Shown here piece by piece: positions 19,755 to 29,723 of a stretch of 64,000 nucleotides of DNA. Origin of the DNA: an uncultured Methanoregulaceae archaeon (lineage in GTDB: Archaea; Halobacteriota; Methanomicrobia; Methanomicrobiales; Methanospirillaceae); the NCBI GenBank assembly GCA_963737635.1, contig CAVTTL010000001.1, forward strand, positions 2,176,001-2,240,000. Reading direction: 5' to 3'. The position numbers were made by a program, and so were the translations under genes. The notes beneath the pieces were generated by a model. That model had not been told where the DNA came from, searched no databases, and saw only the letters and a program-made list of their open reading frames with translations. The number at the start of each line of letters is the position of its first letter. The stretch's first letter is position 1.

Positions 19755-20932
19755 AGTGCGGTAGCGGGATCGAGGCCCGGCAGGTAAACGAGCTCTTCAT
19801 CAACATCGACCCGATCCAGGCGGGGGGACGTCTCACGGGGGACGCGATCAAAGCGATCATCGCTTATGGCGACGGGTATTCGGTCTGCGATAACTGCAGG
19901 AAGCCTAACCGGCTCGACTGCATTTCAAAACCCCCCATTGCCGAGTTTCACAAGGATGTCGCGGCATGGCTCAACATGGACACCGCCCGGATGATGCCCG
20001 GCGCCCGGCGGGGATTCCAGGCGGTTGCAAACACCTACGTCGAGAAGGGCGACCCTGTCCTCCTGACGTCGCTCTCGCACTACACCGAGTTCCTTGCGGT
20101 CGAGGGGGCGCAAGGAGTTGCCTGTGAGATCCCGGCAGACAGCCGGCATAGTGTTACACCCGATGCCGCGGCGGCAAAGATCGAGGAAGTCAAGAAGAAA
20201 TTCGGGAAATATCCGGTCCTTGCCCTGATCGATCACGTGGATTACCAGTACGGTAACCTGCACGATGTCGCCGGCATCGCAAAAGCGGCGCACCAGTACG
20301 ATATCCCGGTGCTCTGTAACGGCGCTTATACCGTCGGCACCATGCCAGTTGACGGAAAAGCGCTGGGGGTCGATTTTGTAGTCGGCTCAGGTCACAAAAG
20401 CATGGCAGCACCTGCCCCGTCCGGCGTCCTTGCCGCTACTGCAGAGAGGACAAAAGAGATCTTCCGAACCACTGCAATCGAAGGTGACGTCACCGGACGC
20501 AAGTTCGGCGTCAAGGAGCCGGAGCTGATGGGCTGCACGCTCATGGGTGCGACGCTCGTCGGCATGATGGCCTCGTTTCCTCACGTCAAGGAGCGGGTAA
20601 AGCATTTCGACCGGGAACTCGAAAACAACCGGGTTGTTACGGAGGCTTTGCTTTCCATAGAAGGGACAAAGATCCTCTCCGAGTACCCGCGAAAACACAC
20701 GCTCACCCGGGTCGACACTACTGCATCATTCGACAAGATAGCAGAGACCCACAAGAAGAAGGGATTCTACTTCTCGTCTGCCTTAAACGACAAGGGGATC
20801 TTCGGCCTCATCCCAGGCGCTACCCGGGTCTGGAAGTTCAATACGTATGGCATAACCGCAAAACAGGCCCGGTACCTTGCCGATGCTTTTGTCGCGGTGG
20901 CCCGGGAGAACGGGCTTATGGCTCATCCGTAA
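19751..20932 (+). CDS. pscS: O-phosphoseryl-tRNA:Cys-tRNA synthase (SepCysS)
   Basis: INIDPIQAGGRL, GDGYSVCDNC, PGAR, GSGHKSMA (PLP Lys), LMGCT. Confidence 0.95.
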   Translation: MKCGSGIEARQVNELFINIDPIQAGGRLTGDAIKAIIAYGDGYSVCDNCRKPNRLDCISKPPIAEFHKDVAAWLNMDTARMMPGARRGFQAVANTYVEKGDPVLLTSLSHYTEFLAVEGAQGVACEIPADSRHSVTPDAAAAKIEEVKKKFGKYPVLALIDHVDYQYGNLHDVAGIAKAAHQYDIPVLCNGAYTVGTMPVDGKALGVDFVVGSGHKSMAAPAPSGVLAATAERTKEIFRTTAIEGDVTGRKFGVKEPELMGCTLMGATLVGMMASFPHVKERVKHFDRELENNRVVTEALLSIEGTKILSEYPRKHTLTRVDTTASFDKIAETHKKKGFYFSSALNDKGIFGLIPGATRVWKFNTYGITAKQARYLADAFVAVARENGLMAHP

Positions 20933-21068
20933 CCGGTTTATCTTTTTTTGCAGACGTTATGAAAAATAGGTTAAGAGGGAATTATCATCGGTAGCCCTCA
21001 AAGAAGGTTTTCGTCTCAGGGCTTCTGGATCGGGAATTACGGTAAATGAACCCCGGCAAAAAGGGAGA

Positions 21069-22205
21069 TTATTTATTTTTCCTGATCAGGATCGCACCAC
21101 CGCAGATCCCAAGAGCACCCACGGCGATAACCGGGGAAAGCCCTGCCTTTGTTGGCTGTGAAGAGGCAGTTGGCTGCGAACCGGGGGATTGCGAGGAGAC
21201 TGTTGGCTGGGCAGCAGGAGTAAGTGTTCCCGATACCTGCGTGTAACTGCCTGCAGTTACCGTTACCGATGACGTCCAGTTCTGGTACCCGTTCGTGCTT
21301 ACCAGGAGCGTGTGGCTCCCTTGGGGTATATTTGAAAGAACCATGGGGGTAATGCCTTTGTACGTATTATCAAGGAAGATAGTGGCTCCTGATGGAGATG
21401 AGCCCACGTTGATCTGGCCGGTCGTATCCGGCGTCGGGCCTGGCGTTACGGGCACCATGGTTGCCCAAATGTCCGTGATAATGCCCGGCTGGACCTGGGC
21501 AGTCTGGGTATACGTCTGATAGTCCGGCATAGTGAGAACGACGTTATAGGCTCCCGTGTTAAGCTGCGTAACGTAGACGGCGGAGCCTGAGGGCGTGGTA
21601 CCCTCATAATTGTTATTCACGTAGACTGCTGCTCCCCCAGGCGTCGAGGATATCTGCAGATCGCCGTACCCGGAATCATATGAATACGGGGTCATACCCG
21701 GCGTCGTGGTCGTGGTCTGGCCGGCAGTAATCAAAAACGTAGTTGTGTAATCATAGTAGCCGGCTTTCTGGAGTTCGAGCGAGTGGCTCCCCGGGGAAAG
21801 GGCGACACCGCTCGCACCGTTTCCATAGTATACCCCGTCAATCCAGATGTCCGCTCCGTTCAGGTTGTTGACGTCCAGCCACCCGACAGCGGAGGGAGTA
21901 GGTACCAGTTGTGCGTACACATCGGATGTCGTGCCGTCGCTTCCTGCCCAGTCATCCTCGCTCCAGGTCTGGTAACCGTCCAGATACACGGTGAAGGTAT
22001 GGTGACTGAACGCGGTCACGGCCCATGTTTCCGGGGTATAGTCACACGAATAATAGCCATCCATACAGACATAGGCACCCGAGGGGCTTGACGTTACATC
22101 AAACCATGCGTTGCCAGCCGCAACCGGTGCGATACACACAAGAATGACAAGAAGAAAAACCCCGGCAAATACCGGTACTCGCTTATTTTGGAAAATGTGT
22201 TGCAT
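21069..22205 (-). CDS. PEGA-domain cell-surface protein with C-terminal sorting/TM tail
   Basis: Signal peptide; four S.P.GA.VY.D/N..Y.G.TP repeats; S/T/Q linker; TM helix plus RKNK. Confidence 0.9.
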   Translation of the reverse strand: MQHIFQNKRVPVFAGVFLLVILVCIAPVAAGNAWFDVTSSPSGAYVCMDGYYSCDYTPETWAVTAFSHHTFTVYLDGYQTWSEDDWAGSDGTTSDVYAQLVPTPSAVGWLDVNNLNGADIWIDGVYYGNGASGVALSPGSHSLELQKAGYYDYTTTFLITAGQTTTTTPGMTPYSYDSGYGDLQISSTPGGAAVYVNNNYEGTTPSGSAVYVTQLNTGAYNVVLTMPDYQTYTQTAQVQPGIITDIWATMVPVTPGPTPDTTGQINVGSSPSGATIFLDNTYKGITPMVLSNIPQGSHTLLVSTNGYQNWTSSVTVTAGSYTQVSGTLTPAAQPTVSSQSPGSQPTASSQPTKAGLSPVIAVGALGICGGAILIRKNK

Positions 22206-22309
22206 ATATGCCCTTTTAAATCTCCATATAAGAATTTTTTTATTTCGTGGCAAAATGCTATGATTTTCCAGATTTTCTGCAAAGCCGGTTTGGGGGATTC
22301 AACGATTCA

Positions 22310-22513
22310 TCTTACCGGGTTAAAGAAACCCACAAAAAGACGGGATCCTACCTCTCGCCCATGTTGAACGATATGGGAATCTTCGGTAGTATGCCCGGAG
22401 CTACCCGGATCTGGCTGTTCAATACCTATGGCATGACCGCAAAACAGGCCTGGTACCTTGCGGATGCCTTTATCGCAGTGGCCCGGGAGAACGGGCTCGC
22501 GGTTACTCCCTGA
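22310..22513 (+). pseudogene. pscS: Degenerate duplicate of the pscS 3' end
   Basis: ETHKKTGSYL...FNTYGMTAKQAWYLADAFIAVARENGL, 46/62 aa identical to the pscS C-terminus; direct repeat of about 20702-20932 with an internal deletion. Confidence 0.9.
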
Positions 22514-22549
22514 CCGATATTTTTGTCTGTCTCCCATAAAAAGGGAGAC

Positions 22550-23083
22550 TTACTTTTCGTTGGCAGCAGAAAGTATGAATTTATCAAGAAATGCGAGAAT
22601 CCCATACATGCCGGTAGCGACAATGAGCTCCGCAAGAGTGAGAATGATCAAATCCAGCCTCATCTGAAATGCGATATTACCTGAATACATCACCTCTCCT
22701 CCAATCATCCCGAAAAGTGCAAGGATGAAATAGGTCCCGATACCCGCGACGAGAACGACAGCATATGAGGGAATATTCGAATAAAATCTCCGGAACACCG
22801 GCAATGGCGTAAGAATGAGAAATGCAGCAGACAGCAACGCGGAAACCAGATCAGTTGCCCAATGCTGGCCGTAAGACTCCGGTGTTTCAAGATGGCCGGT
22901 ATGAAGGAAGGACCAGACGAAGGAAGCTACAACAATCGCAGGAGGAATAAGATATGCCGCCTGCCGAAAAGGAAGCCGGTCAAAGAGGATTTGAATGACC
23001 AGCGCGATCACGGCGATGGCAAGTCCGAAGGGTGCAAGAAAAAGAGCGATCACCACATTTCCCGGATCAAAAAAGAACATCAT
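22550..23083 (-). CDS. Hypothetical multi-pass membrane protein
   Basis: 177-aa ORF with about 5 hydrophobic segments. Confidence 0.7.
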   Translation of the reverse strand: MMFFFDPGNVVIALFLAPFGLAIAVIALVIQILFDRLPFRQAAYLIPPAIVVASFVWSFLHTGHLETPESYGQHWATDLVSALLSAAFLILTPLPVFRRFYSNIPSYAVVLVAGIGTYFILALFGMIGGEVMYSGNIAFQMRLDLIILTLAELIVATGMYGILAFLDKFILSAANEK

Positions 23084-23223
23084 AGTGAAAATTTATTTTG
23101 ACGCTCTAATATTTTTTTGTTTATGGATCAGATGATCGAAAAAGATACCCTATGCTCTAGTCTGCCGCCCGGCACGGAAAAAAGGGGCCCACAGATTCTC
23201 CTGTTCCGGTATAAGGATAGTTT

Positions 23224-23673
23224 TCAGGGAAAGTGAACCCCGACATCGCCGTTTATCCGGCGTTTCCCAAAGTGGAATGTTATCCTGCTCTGGCAGAAAT
23301 AGTTCCAGAAAAAGGTGATAATAACGGCAAGTACCTTTCCAAGAAGGTAATTGACCAAGAAAACCTCTACTGCGAGATAGAGAATCACCAGGGTCAGGGC
23401 GAGGCCTATAAAGGAGATGATCGCAAACGAGAGGAACTGCCGGACATAATCGCGGCTCGTATCACGGAAATTGAAAAATTTGTTCAAGAGAAAATTGACC
23501 CCCATCCCGCAGCAGTACGAAACGGTCGCCGAGGCGATATACCATATGCCGAAGTCAGTCGTGAAAAGATACAAAAGGCCGACATCGATAAGGGTGGAAA
23601 CTATCCCGATGACGAAAAACCCGATAATCTTTTCCCGGGAAAGAGCAGTAAAAAACGTATTTCCCAGACTCAT
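23224..23673 (-). CDS. GtrA-family flippase-like protein
   Basis: FFVIG..STLID...NFLLNK.FNF...WNY..SRITF; four TM helices. Confidence 0.85.
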   Translation of the reverse strand: MSLGNTFFTALSREKIIGFFVIGIVSTLIDVGLLYLFTTDFGIWYIASATVSYCCGMGVNFLLNKFFNFRDTSRDYVRQFLSFAIISFIGLALTLVILYLAVEVFLVNYLLGKVLAVIITFFWNYFCQSRITFHFGKRRINGDVGVHFP

Positions 23674-23702
23674 CCCACAACGAACGGTCATACGATAAAG
23701 GC

Positions 23703-25845
23703 TCAGGGACCGGCTGCGCCGGCGCAATCATACAGGGACCCGGTGGTGCGGACACCCGCCCCTAAAGCGCCGGCCGGGGTGACGCTGGTTTCATTTCCAG
23801 AGGACAGGTTCACGGCAGTGCAGTGGTCGGTCACCCAGCTGAATAGTTCACTGTTGCCGCCACTCATCCCGCCGACACCTGTGCCACTGGTGAGGAAGTA
23901 CCGGACTTTGCCCTCCCGGATAAGAGTTGTGAGTGAACTCAGGTTCAGGATCCGGTCGCTGCCGGAAAATCCACCAATTGCCATGACCGGCTTTCCTGTC
24001 TCGATGATCAGGTCTGCCCCGGACTGGCTGCTTGGGACAGCAAGTATCCAGGTCTCATTGGTAGTGTTGGCAAGCAGGTAATTGGCGAGCCCGGACGTTG
24101 CTGCTGCTCCTGTACCCGGCGGGGTCAGCATACCCCGGCCAAAGGTATAGCTTGCATTCCCCAGACCGGACAGTCGTTCCCGGCCGCCGTCCCCGGCAAA
24201 TCCTGCCCGGTCAAGACCAGCCGGCATAATCCCGGCCGCCATTCCCCCAATCCGGGCGGATGGGGGTCCCACAGTGGCCTGGGTGTCCCCGTACAGGATG
24301 GGAGTGCAGGACCAGACCAGTGGGGCGATAAAGAGGAGGGCGATGGCTGCTGTAGCTACACCCGTTTTAAGGTTCGGTGATATCCCATGTCCCTTCAACC
24401 GGAACCAGCCGAGTACCCCGGCGCAACCGATGGTTCCCAAAAGTACAATCGGGACAAGGGGCCCGGACCACTGGGCATCGTACGACAAAAAGAGGGCCTG
24501 CAGGAGCCCGGTTACCAGGTACTGCCCCGACAAAGATCCAGCCTTTCCAGCCTTCGGCCAGGTACTCGCGGAACATTGCGACGACGCCGATCCCAACAAG
24601 AGCGGCAAGAGGTGGCGCAATGGTCGCAATATAATACGTGTGTCCGAATGCGGTCGAATAGCTGAAGAACAGCAGGCCGGGTACGAGCCAGAGCAGCATC
24701 GCTGTAAGAGTGAGCCCCCGCTCCCCGGTAATGCCGGTGTCCTCAAAGCCTTTGAGGGTGAGAGATGCCGGTCTTCGTACCCACGCAAGAAGCCCGATCA
24801 AGGCAAGAGGAAGGAGCCAGGAGAACTGGCCTGCGAGCTGTTCGCCTAAGAAACGGGTAATTCCGGGCGTACCCTCCCCGTTTGCTGTCCCTCCGGGGGC
24901 ACCATCCCGAGCAGCAGCCATATCCCCATACTGACCTGCACCAGCTGTTCTCACGCCGGTTGCCGGAGATTGCCTGAGAGCGCCGGTCCTCGGGTCTCCT
25001 GCACCATCGCCGCCGGCGAAGGCCATTCCACGGTTTTCCAGGCCCAGGCGCTCGAGTCCGTTATAGTTGACGATGAGACCAAGTACCGTATTGTCCCCGC
25101 TCCCACCGATATAGGGGCGCTCGCTTGCAGGCACCATATCGACAGCGACTGCCCAGGAAAGGGAAACGCCGACGAGGACGAGGACAGCGATTCCCAGGTG
25201 AAGTGTTCGTTTTTTCCAGGAAAAGCCGGTGGTGCCAAGGAGATAGACAATAAGAATGGCGGGGACAACGACAAACGCCTGGATCATCTTGATGTTGAAA
25301 CCGATCCCGACCAGGATGACCGAGACCAGAAGCCATGGCAGGGATTGCTCCCGTGTTGCCTTGAGGACTGCCCAGACCGCGAGGAGGAGAACGAAGATGA
25401 GCTGGGTATCCATGGTGCCGTTCCTTGACACAGCGACGAGGATGGGAGTAACTGCAAGGGCAAGGGCCGCAACAAGACCGGCCGGTTTCCCAAACGGCCG
25501 GGCAACGATGAAATACGTGAGGGCAACTGAACCGATCCCGGCGAGTGCCTGCGGGAGGACGAGAACCCATCCCTTAAAACCAAGCACTGCTGCAAACGCC
25601 GCCTGCACCCAGAGACCTACCGGTGGCTTGTCTACGGTGACAAATCCTGCGGGATCAAAGGAGTTAAAGAAGCCGGCGGCAGGGTTGACGAGCGTGCTCT
25701 TGACTGCCGCCGCGTAAAAGGTGTTCGTAAATCCCTGGTTCCAGATGCTCCAGATGTTGAGGAACGCAGATACGATGAGGATTCCGGCGAGGAGAATCTC
25801 TGCCTTGTATTTCAGGATAACGTCCCGGTCGATCAGATCAATCAC
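23703..25845 (-). CDS. ArnT/PMT (GT-C, YkcB-like) glycosyltransferase (frameshift near 24519)
   Basis: FYAAAVKS, VDKPP, SRNGTMD, GFNIKM, RPYIGGS.DN..YNG; C-terminal PVMAIGGFSGSD..GKVRYF in the second frame. Confidence 0.85.
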
Positions 25846-26008
25846 CCTGCGACGCGGCAGGACGCTCGTTCGTAGCCTTCCTGCCCGGGCATGTTTTGTA
25901 ATGTTTATTGAACATATTGTAATATATTGTTAACCGAAGAGGCCAAAAACCCGTTCCATACAGGATCCCAAAAGACGAGGGTTCTCAGGCACAGCCAATT
26001 GCATTCTT

Positions 26009-27199
26009 TTAGAGAATCTTCCCGTTGCGTGCGGTTACATACCGGACCCGGGAGAGTACGGTATCCAGCAGCTCGTCGATACCGAGCACGGCTTCGCTCT
26101 CCCTGACCGCAAGACCCGAAGCGGCAGTCGCCGGCATACGCGGCACCGCCCGGCAGGCAAGATCGCCCTGTTTACCCATAAATGTCCCGATCTTCCGGGC
26201 AAGGTCGATCGTCTCAGCCTTGTCGTAGGTGATAAGAGGCCGGAGCACCGGGAGAGTGGTGGCATCGGTGATCACCGCAAGGTTTGCCAACGTCTGGGAA
26301 GCCACCTGCCCGAGATTTTCCCCGGTGAGAATGGCCTGTGCACCCTCCCGCCCGCACAGGTTCGCGGCAGCCCGGAGCATGAACCGCTTGCAGAGTACGC
26401 ACCTGAGCCGGGCCGGGATACGGTATTCCTGCATCCGGTCATAGAATGGTTCGGTGTCGGCGACGATCATCTGCAGATCAGCGCCCGGACACCAGAGTGA
26501 CAGCCGCCTGAGGTTCTCGATCGCTGTTTCCCTGACGTCGCTACCCGCCCACCGGCCGCCGTCCATGTGCAGGTACGATACTTCGCAGCCCCGTTTCATT
26601 GCAAGCCACGATGCAACCGGGGAATCGATCCCCGATGAGAGCAGGCAGAGCACCTTTCCCTGTGACCCCCACGGGAGCCCTCCCGGCGCCGGGATACGTG
26701 CATCGTAGACAAGCCCGCCACAGTCCCGGACCTCCACAAACAGTTCGTACTCCGGATCCGTGAGATCGACCGAAAGTCCGGGTATCGCATCGTAGATGGC
26801 AGAACCGACATACTCACCCAGCTCCTGGCTGTTCATGCCCGTCTTGCTCTGGCGTTTTGCCCGCACCGCAAACCGGCAGGGAGGGTGCAGCCGGGAGGTG
26901 GCAAGGGCGACTGCCGCGTCGCGCAGGGCCTCAGGTGTGGCCTCGACCCGGGTGCCGACACTTACGTCGACAACGCCGAATACCCGTGCGATGATTCCTG
27001 CAATCTCTTCGGGCTTTTCACCAAAGACAAAGATCCTTCCCCGGGGGCTCTCGAACCGGCAGGAGTGGCCGGCTGCTTCCAGTGCCCGCCGGATATTGCG
27101 CAGCAGGATACCGATGAAATGGTACTTGACCGGATCACTTTTCAGGAAAAGCTCGCCGTAGCGCACCATCACGAGTCTTTCTAGTTCCTGCCCCGCCAT
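26009..27199 (-). CDS. thiI: tRNA sulfurtransferase ThiI (THUMP + PP-loop, no rhodanese domain)
   Basis: VRYGELFLKS, GGLP.G, LSSGIDSPVA, CVLC, TGENLGQVASQT, RPL. Confidence 0.92.
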   Translation of the reverse strand: MAGQELERLVMVRYGELFLKSDPVKYHFIGILLRNIRRALEAAGHSCRFESPRGRIFVFGEKPEEIAGIIARVFGVVDVSVGTRVEATPEALRDAAVALATSRLHPPCRFAVRAKRQSKTGMNSQELGEYVGSAIYDAIPGLSVDLTDPEYELFVEVRDCGGLVYDARIPAPGGLPWGSQGKVLCLLSSGIDSPVASWLAMKRGCEVSYLHMDGGRWAGSDVRETAIENLRRLSLWCPGADLQMIVADTEPFYDRMQEYRIPARLRCVLCKRFMLRAAANLCGREGAQAILTGENLGQVASQTLANLAVITDATTLPVLRPLITYDKAETIDLARKIGTFMGKQGDLACRAVPRMPATAASGLAVRESEAVLGIDELLDTVLSRVRYVTARNGKIL

Positions 27200-27352
27200 A
27201 GTTATCCTAGATATTGGAAGGCATGAGCTGATAACCGTTGGTGGACACCCTGATGTCAGCCAAACCGGGATCATTTTCCACCAGCGACTCCTGTACTTTG
27301 CACGCAGGGGAGAACGAAACTCTTTAATCGGCGAAGCGAATAGTGTACTGAA

Positions 27353-27984
27353 ATGGCAAAAAAGGCGAGCAAAAAGGCAGAAGAGGAACCACTGAAGCTC
27401 TTCTACATCTTCTACAACCAGGAACGCTGGGACAACTGGGTAAAATCGCTTGGCGAAGCAAGCTTCGAGATCGATCCCAAGAGCGACGAGATGCCCGAAG
27501 GTTTCCGGGTGCTCGATAGTTTCTCGGTCGACATTACGCTTGAAGTGCTCAAGATCATCAAGCTCTTCCAGAACAAGCGTTTTTCGAGTGATGATGCGCA
27601 GGAAAAGCTGTACAGGTCGAGGCAATCGTTATGTCTGCCGCACCTGAGGGTGATCTCGAAGAGATCATCGAGATCCTCCAGCTCCCGAAGCTCGTTCTCT
27701 TTGCGTCCTGCCGCAAGTACCTGGCCGGCGGGTTTGACAAGGATATAAAAACACTGGTGAAAAAGGGCAGGGAAGCTATCGACAAGGATATGGAACAGGC
27801 GCTCGGGATTGCGTCTGATATCGGTGCCAGCGTTATCGATGGCGCAGCCTGCTGCGGGAAGTACGTGAAAGACGATCTTGAGAACCCGACCCTGTTTGAT
27901 GAGTGGCTCATCGAATGCGAGAGAATGTTTGAAGCGATGGGTTCCCTCAAGAACTTTGATGAGTCGACGGGAGAAGACGATTGA
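27353..27984 (+). CDS. Methanogen DUF2150-like protein (frameshift near 27610)
   Basis: FYNQERWDNW N-terminal motif; continuation IGASVIDG in ORF 27631-27984. Confidence 0.7.
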
Positions 27985-28433
27985 TTGCAGGCAGGGCACG
28001 GTTCCGTCACGCAAAAAAGATCGAGCGTCTCGCTGGCTACCGGGTGCCCGAGTTCGCCTTTTCCCCGGTAATGCTTGAGACCATCACCACCCATTTTAAT
28101 TTCGATGCGCTTGATTACGCCATCCGCGAACAGTTATTACATTTTTTTAACGATTTTCTCCGGTGCAAGTGCAAGAACTCACCGCTATGCGGCTGCCCGG
28201 AAAAAAAATTTGCAAAAAAAGTCATTGAACTGCGTGAAAACGGCCTCGACCACCGGCAGATTGGAGCCTACCTTTCCGATGAATACGGGATCGAGATCTT
28301 TCCCGCTGATGTGCTCTCTTTTCTGGAAGATTCCGTGCATGTGCTCGAAGCAATCTCGGATGTGGCGCACCTGAGTGGCGAGGATGTCCTTGCTGCAAAG
28401 ACCGTGGAGCATATCCGACTTATCGAGCGTTAA
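27981..28433 (+). CDS. Conserved archaeal Cys-rich protein (DUF5814-like)
   Basis: FLRCKCKNSPLCGCPE..IELRENGL...EYGIEIFPAD. Confidence 0.7.
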   Translation: MIAGRARFRHAKKIERLAGYRVPEFAFSPVMLETITTHFNFDALDYAIREQLLHFFNDFLRCKCKNSPLCGCPEKKFAKKVIELRENGLDHRQIGAYLSDEYGIEIFPADVLSFLEDSVHVLEAISDVAHLSGEDVLAAKTVEHIRLIER

Positions 28434-28480
28434 GCGGTTTACCTATCGATTTTCATGTGCTCCGGCGATCCGCCCAGAAA

Positions 28481-28503
28481 GTTTATATTACAAAATGTAA
28501 TAT
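28481..28503 (+). promoter_or_regulatory. BRE/TATA box overlapped by palindrome ATATTAC-N5-GTAATAT
   Basis: gaaagTTTATAttacaaaatgtaatat directly upstream of a structured RNA-like region. Confidence 0.6.
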
Positions 28504-28513
28504 CTACTTTACA

Positions 28514-28870
28514 TGGTGTTGTTGATTCAGCAACACCAGCATGAACAATAACCGGAGAGAGATCCACCCGTCATGCAAAAAAGGAACCTGCCGGCTCCGG
28601 AGGCAGGTTCTAACAGGATCGACCAGTAAGGAGATGATACCCAGACGCGACGCTCATCACGAACTTCCGTTTGCCAGAAATGGCAGACACGATCTCAAGA
28701 TCCAAGCAGGACTCCTCCGGACCGGTAAATCCTCACCCGATGCACACCGGCACCGCGTGGAGAAACTGCCACACGATCCAAAGACAAGACAAGTACCTCT
28801 TCATCAGAACCATTAACCCTGAAAGATCCAGCCTAATAAAGCGGGAAGAAAATCTCCCGCTGTCTTTTTT
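28514..28870 (+). ncRNA. Candidate ~350-nt structured small RNA
   Basis: Promoter, consecutive hairpins (28514-38, 28539-76, 28584-610, GAAA tetraloop 28672-85), terminal hairpin plus oligo-T. Confidence 0.5.
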
Positions 28871-29027
28871 GGTATCCCTTTTGGCAAACCGGACCGTATT
28901 CTGCCAGTTCCTGGAAGAGATCTGGCGCCTGAAGTCAGCTTTGCTTCTCTCTTTTTCATTAAATGAAACGTTCCGATTGATTTTGTAAATGGAAATATTT
29001 ATATATTACAATGGGGTAATAAATCAT

Positions 29028-29135
29028 TGTGCAGTATTTGATCAATCCCTCTGCACTCCTCCGCATATTTGAACACATCCCTCAAGCATAAGACCCCATT
29101 CTTTTAAAAGCGGGAATCTCTCCATCCCGCTTTCC
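29028..29135 (+). ncRNA. Candidate ~105-nt CU-rich small RNA
   Basis: TATA box with TATTAC-N6-GTAATA; 5' hairpin GTGCAG/CTGCAC; CCCTC/CTCC motifs; terminal AGCGGGA/TCCCGCT hairpin. Confidence 0.45.
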
Positions 29136-29473
29136 CCCATAGTACGACTCCTGTATGATCCGATGGCATGGCCTCAGGGTCCCGACCTTGAACCCTCCAC
29201 TCGCCATACGCGGGTAGTCTCATATGCACCTTTGTTGTCCTATAGGTAAATCATAAAAGGAATTGATCGGGGGCACCAATACCACAGAGTAAGGGATGCC
29301 CGCGAGGGATACAGGCAGGTAATGACCGCAAAGGGACAGCTGTAGATACTAATCTACCAAGAGAGATCAAAAAACCCCAGGGAATGCCCTCACCATAGCC
29401 ATCTTTTGGTAGATCTCAGGGCAATAAGATTCGTATGGGTAAAATGGAAAGAGGGGCGATTTTGACTTATTAA

Positions 29474-29546
29474 GCCTAAGGCGAGATTTGAACTCGCGAC
29501 TTCCTCCTTACCAAGGAGGTACTCTGCCGGGCTGAGTCACTTAGGC
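29474..29546 (-). tRNA. tRNA-Thr(GGT)
   Basis: Acceptor GCCTAAG/CTTAGGC; anticodon arm CCTCC-TTGGTAA-GGAGG; T loop GTTCAAATC. Confidence 0.95.
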
Positions 29547-29592
29547 ACGTGGTATTCTTGCATCTTTCCTATATGGGAAGCGGTCGTTTTTC

Positions 29593-29638
29593 CTTCGTCC
29601 TTACCAAGGAAGTACTCTACCGGCTGAGCCACACAGGC
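29593..29638 (-). pseudogene. 5' fragment of a second tRNA-Thr(GGT) gene
   Basis: GCCTGTGTGGCTCAGCCGGTAGAGTACTTCCTTGGTAAGGACGAAG; no T arm or 3' acceptor strand. Confidence 0.85.
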
Positions 29639-29723
29639 TGGTTGCCTAGATACATTGTCGGTGAATATTATAAAATATTGCGGAGACCTTTACCAATCCG
29701 CATCCGTGATAGTGACCATTTAG

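Noticed and set aside
22247-22513. 88-aa ORF as a functional mini-SepCysS
   Set aside because: Lacks the PLP lysine and catalytic cysteines, and its N-terminus is unrelated sequence; treated as a remnant
23130-23220. Possible third pscS-end remnant after the membrane-protein gene
   Set aside because: Similarity is too faint to support by eye
25842-25893. 16-codon uORF/hairpin overlapping the ArnT start
   Set aside because: Could equally be a frameshifted N-terminus or chance
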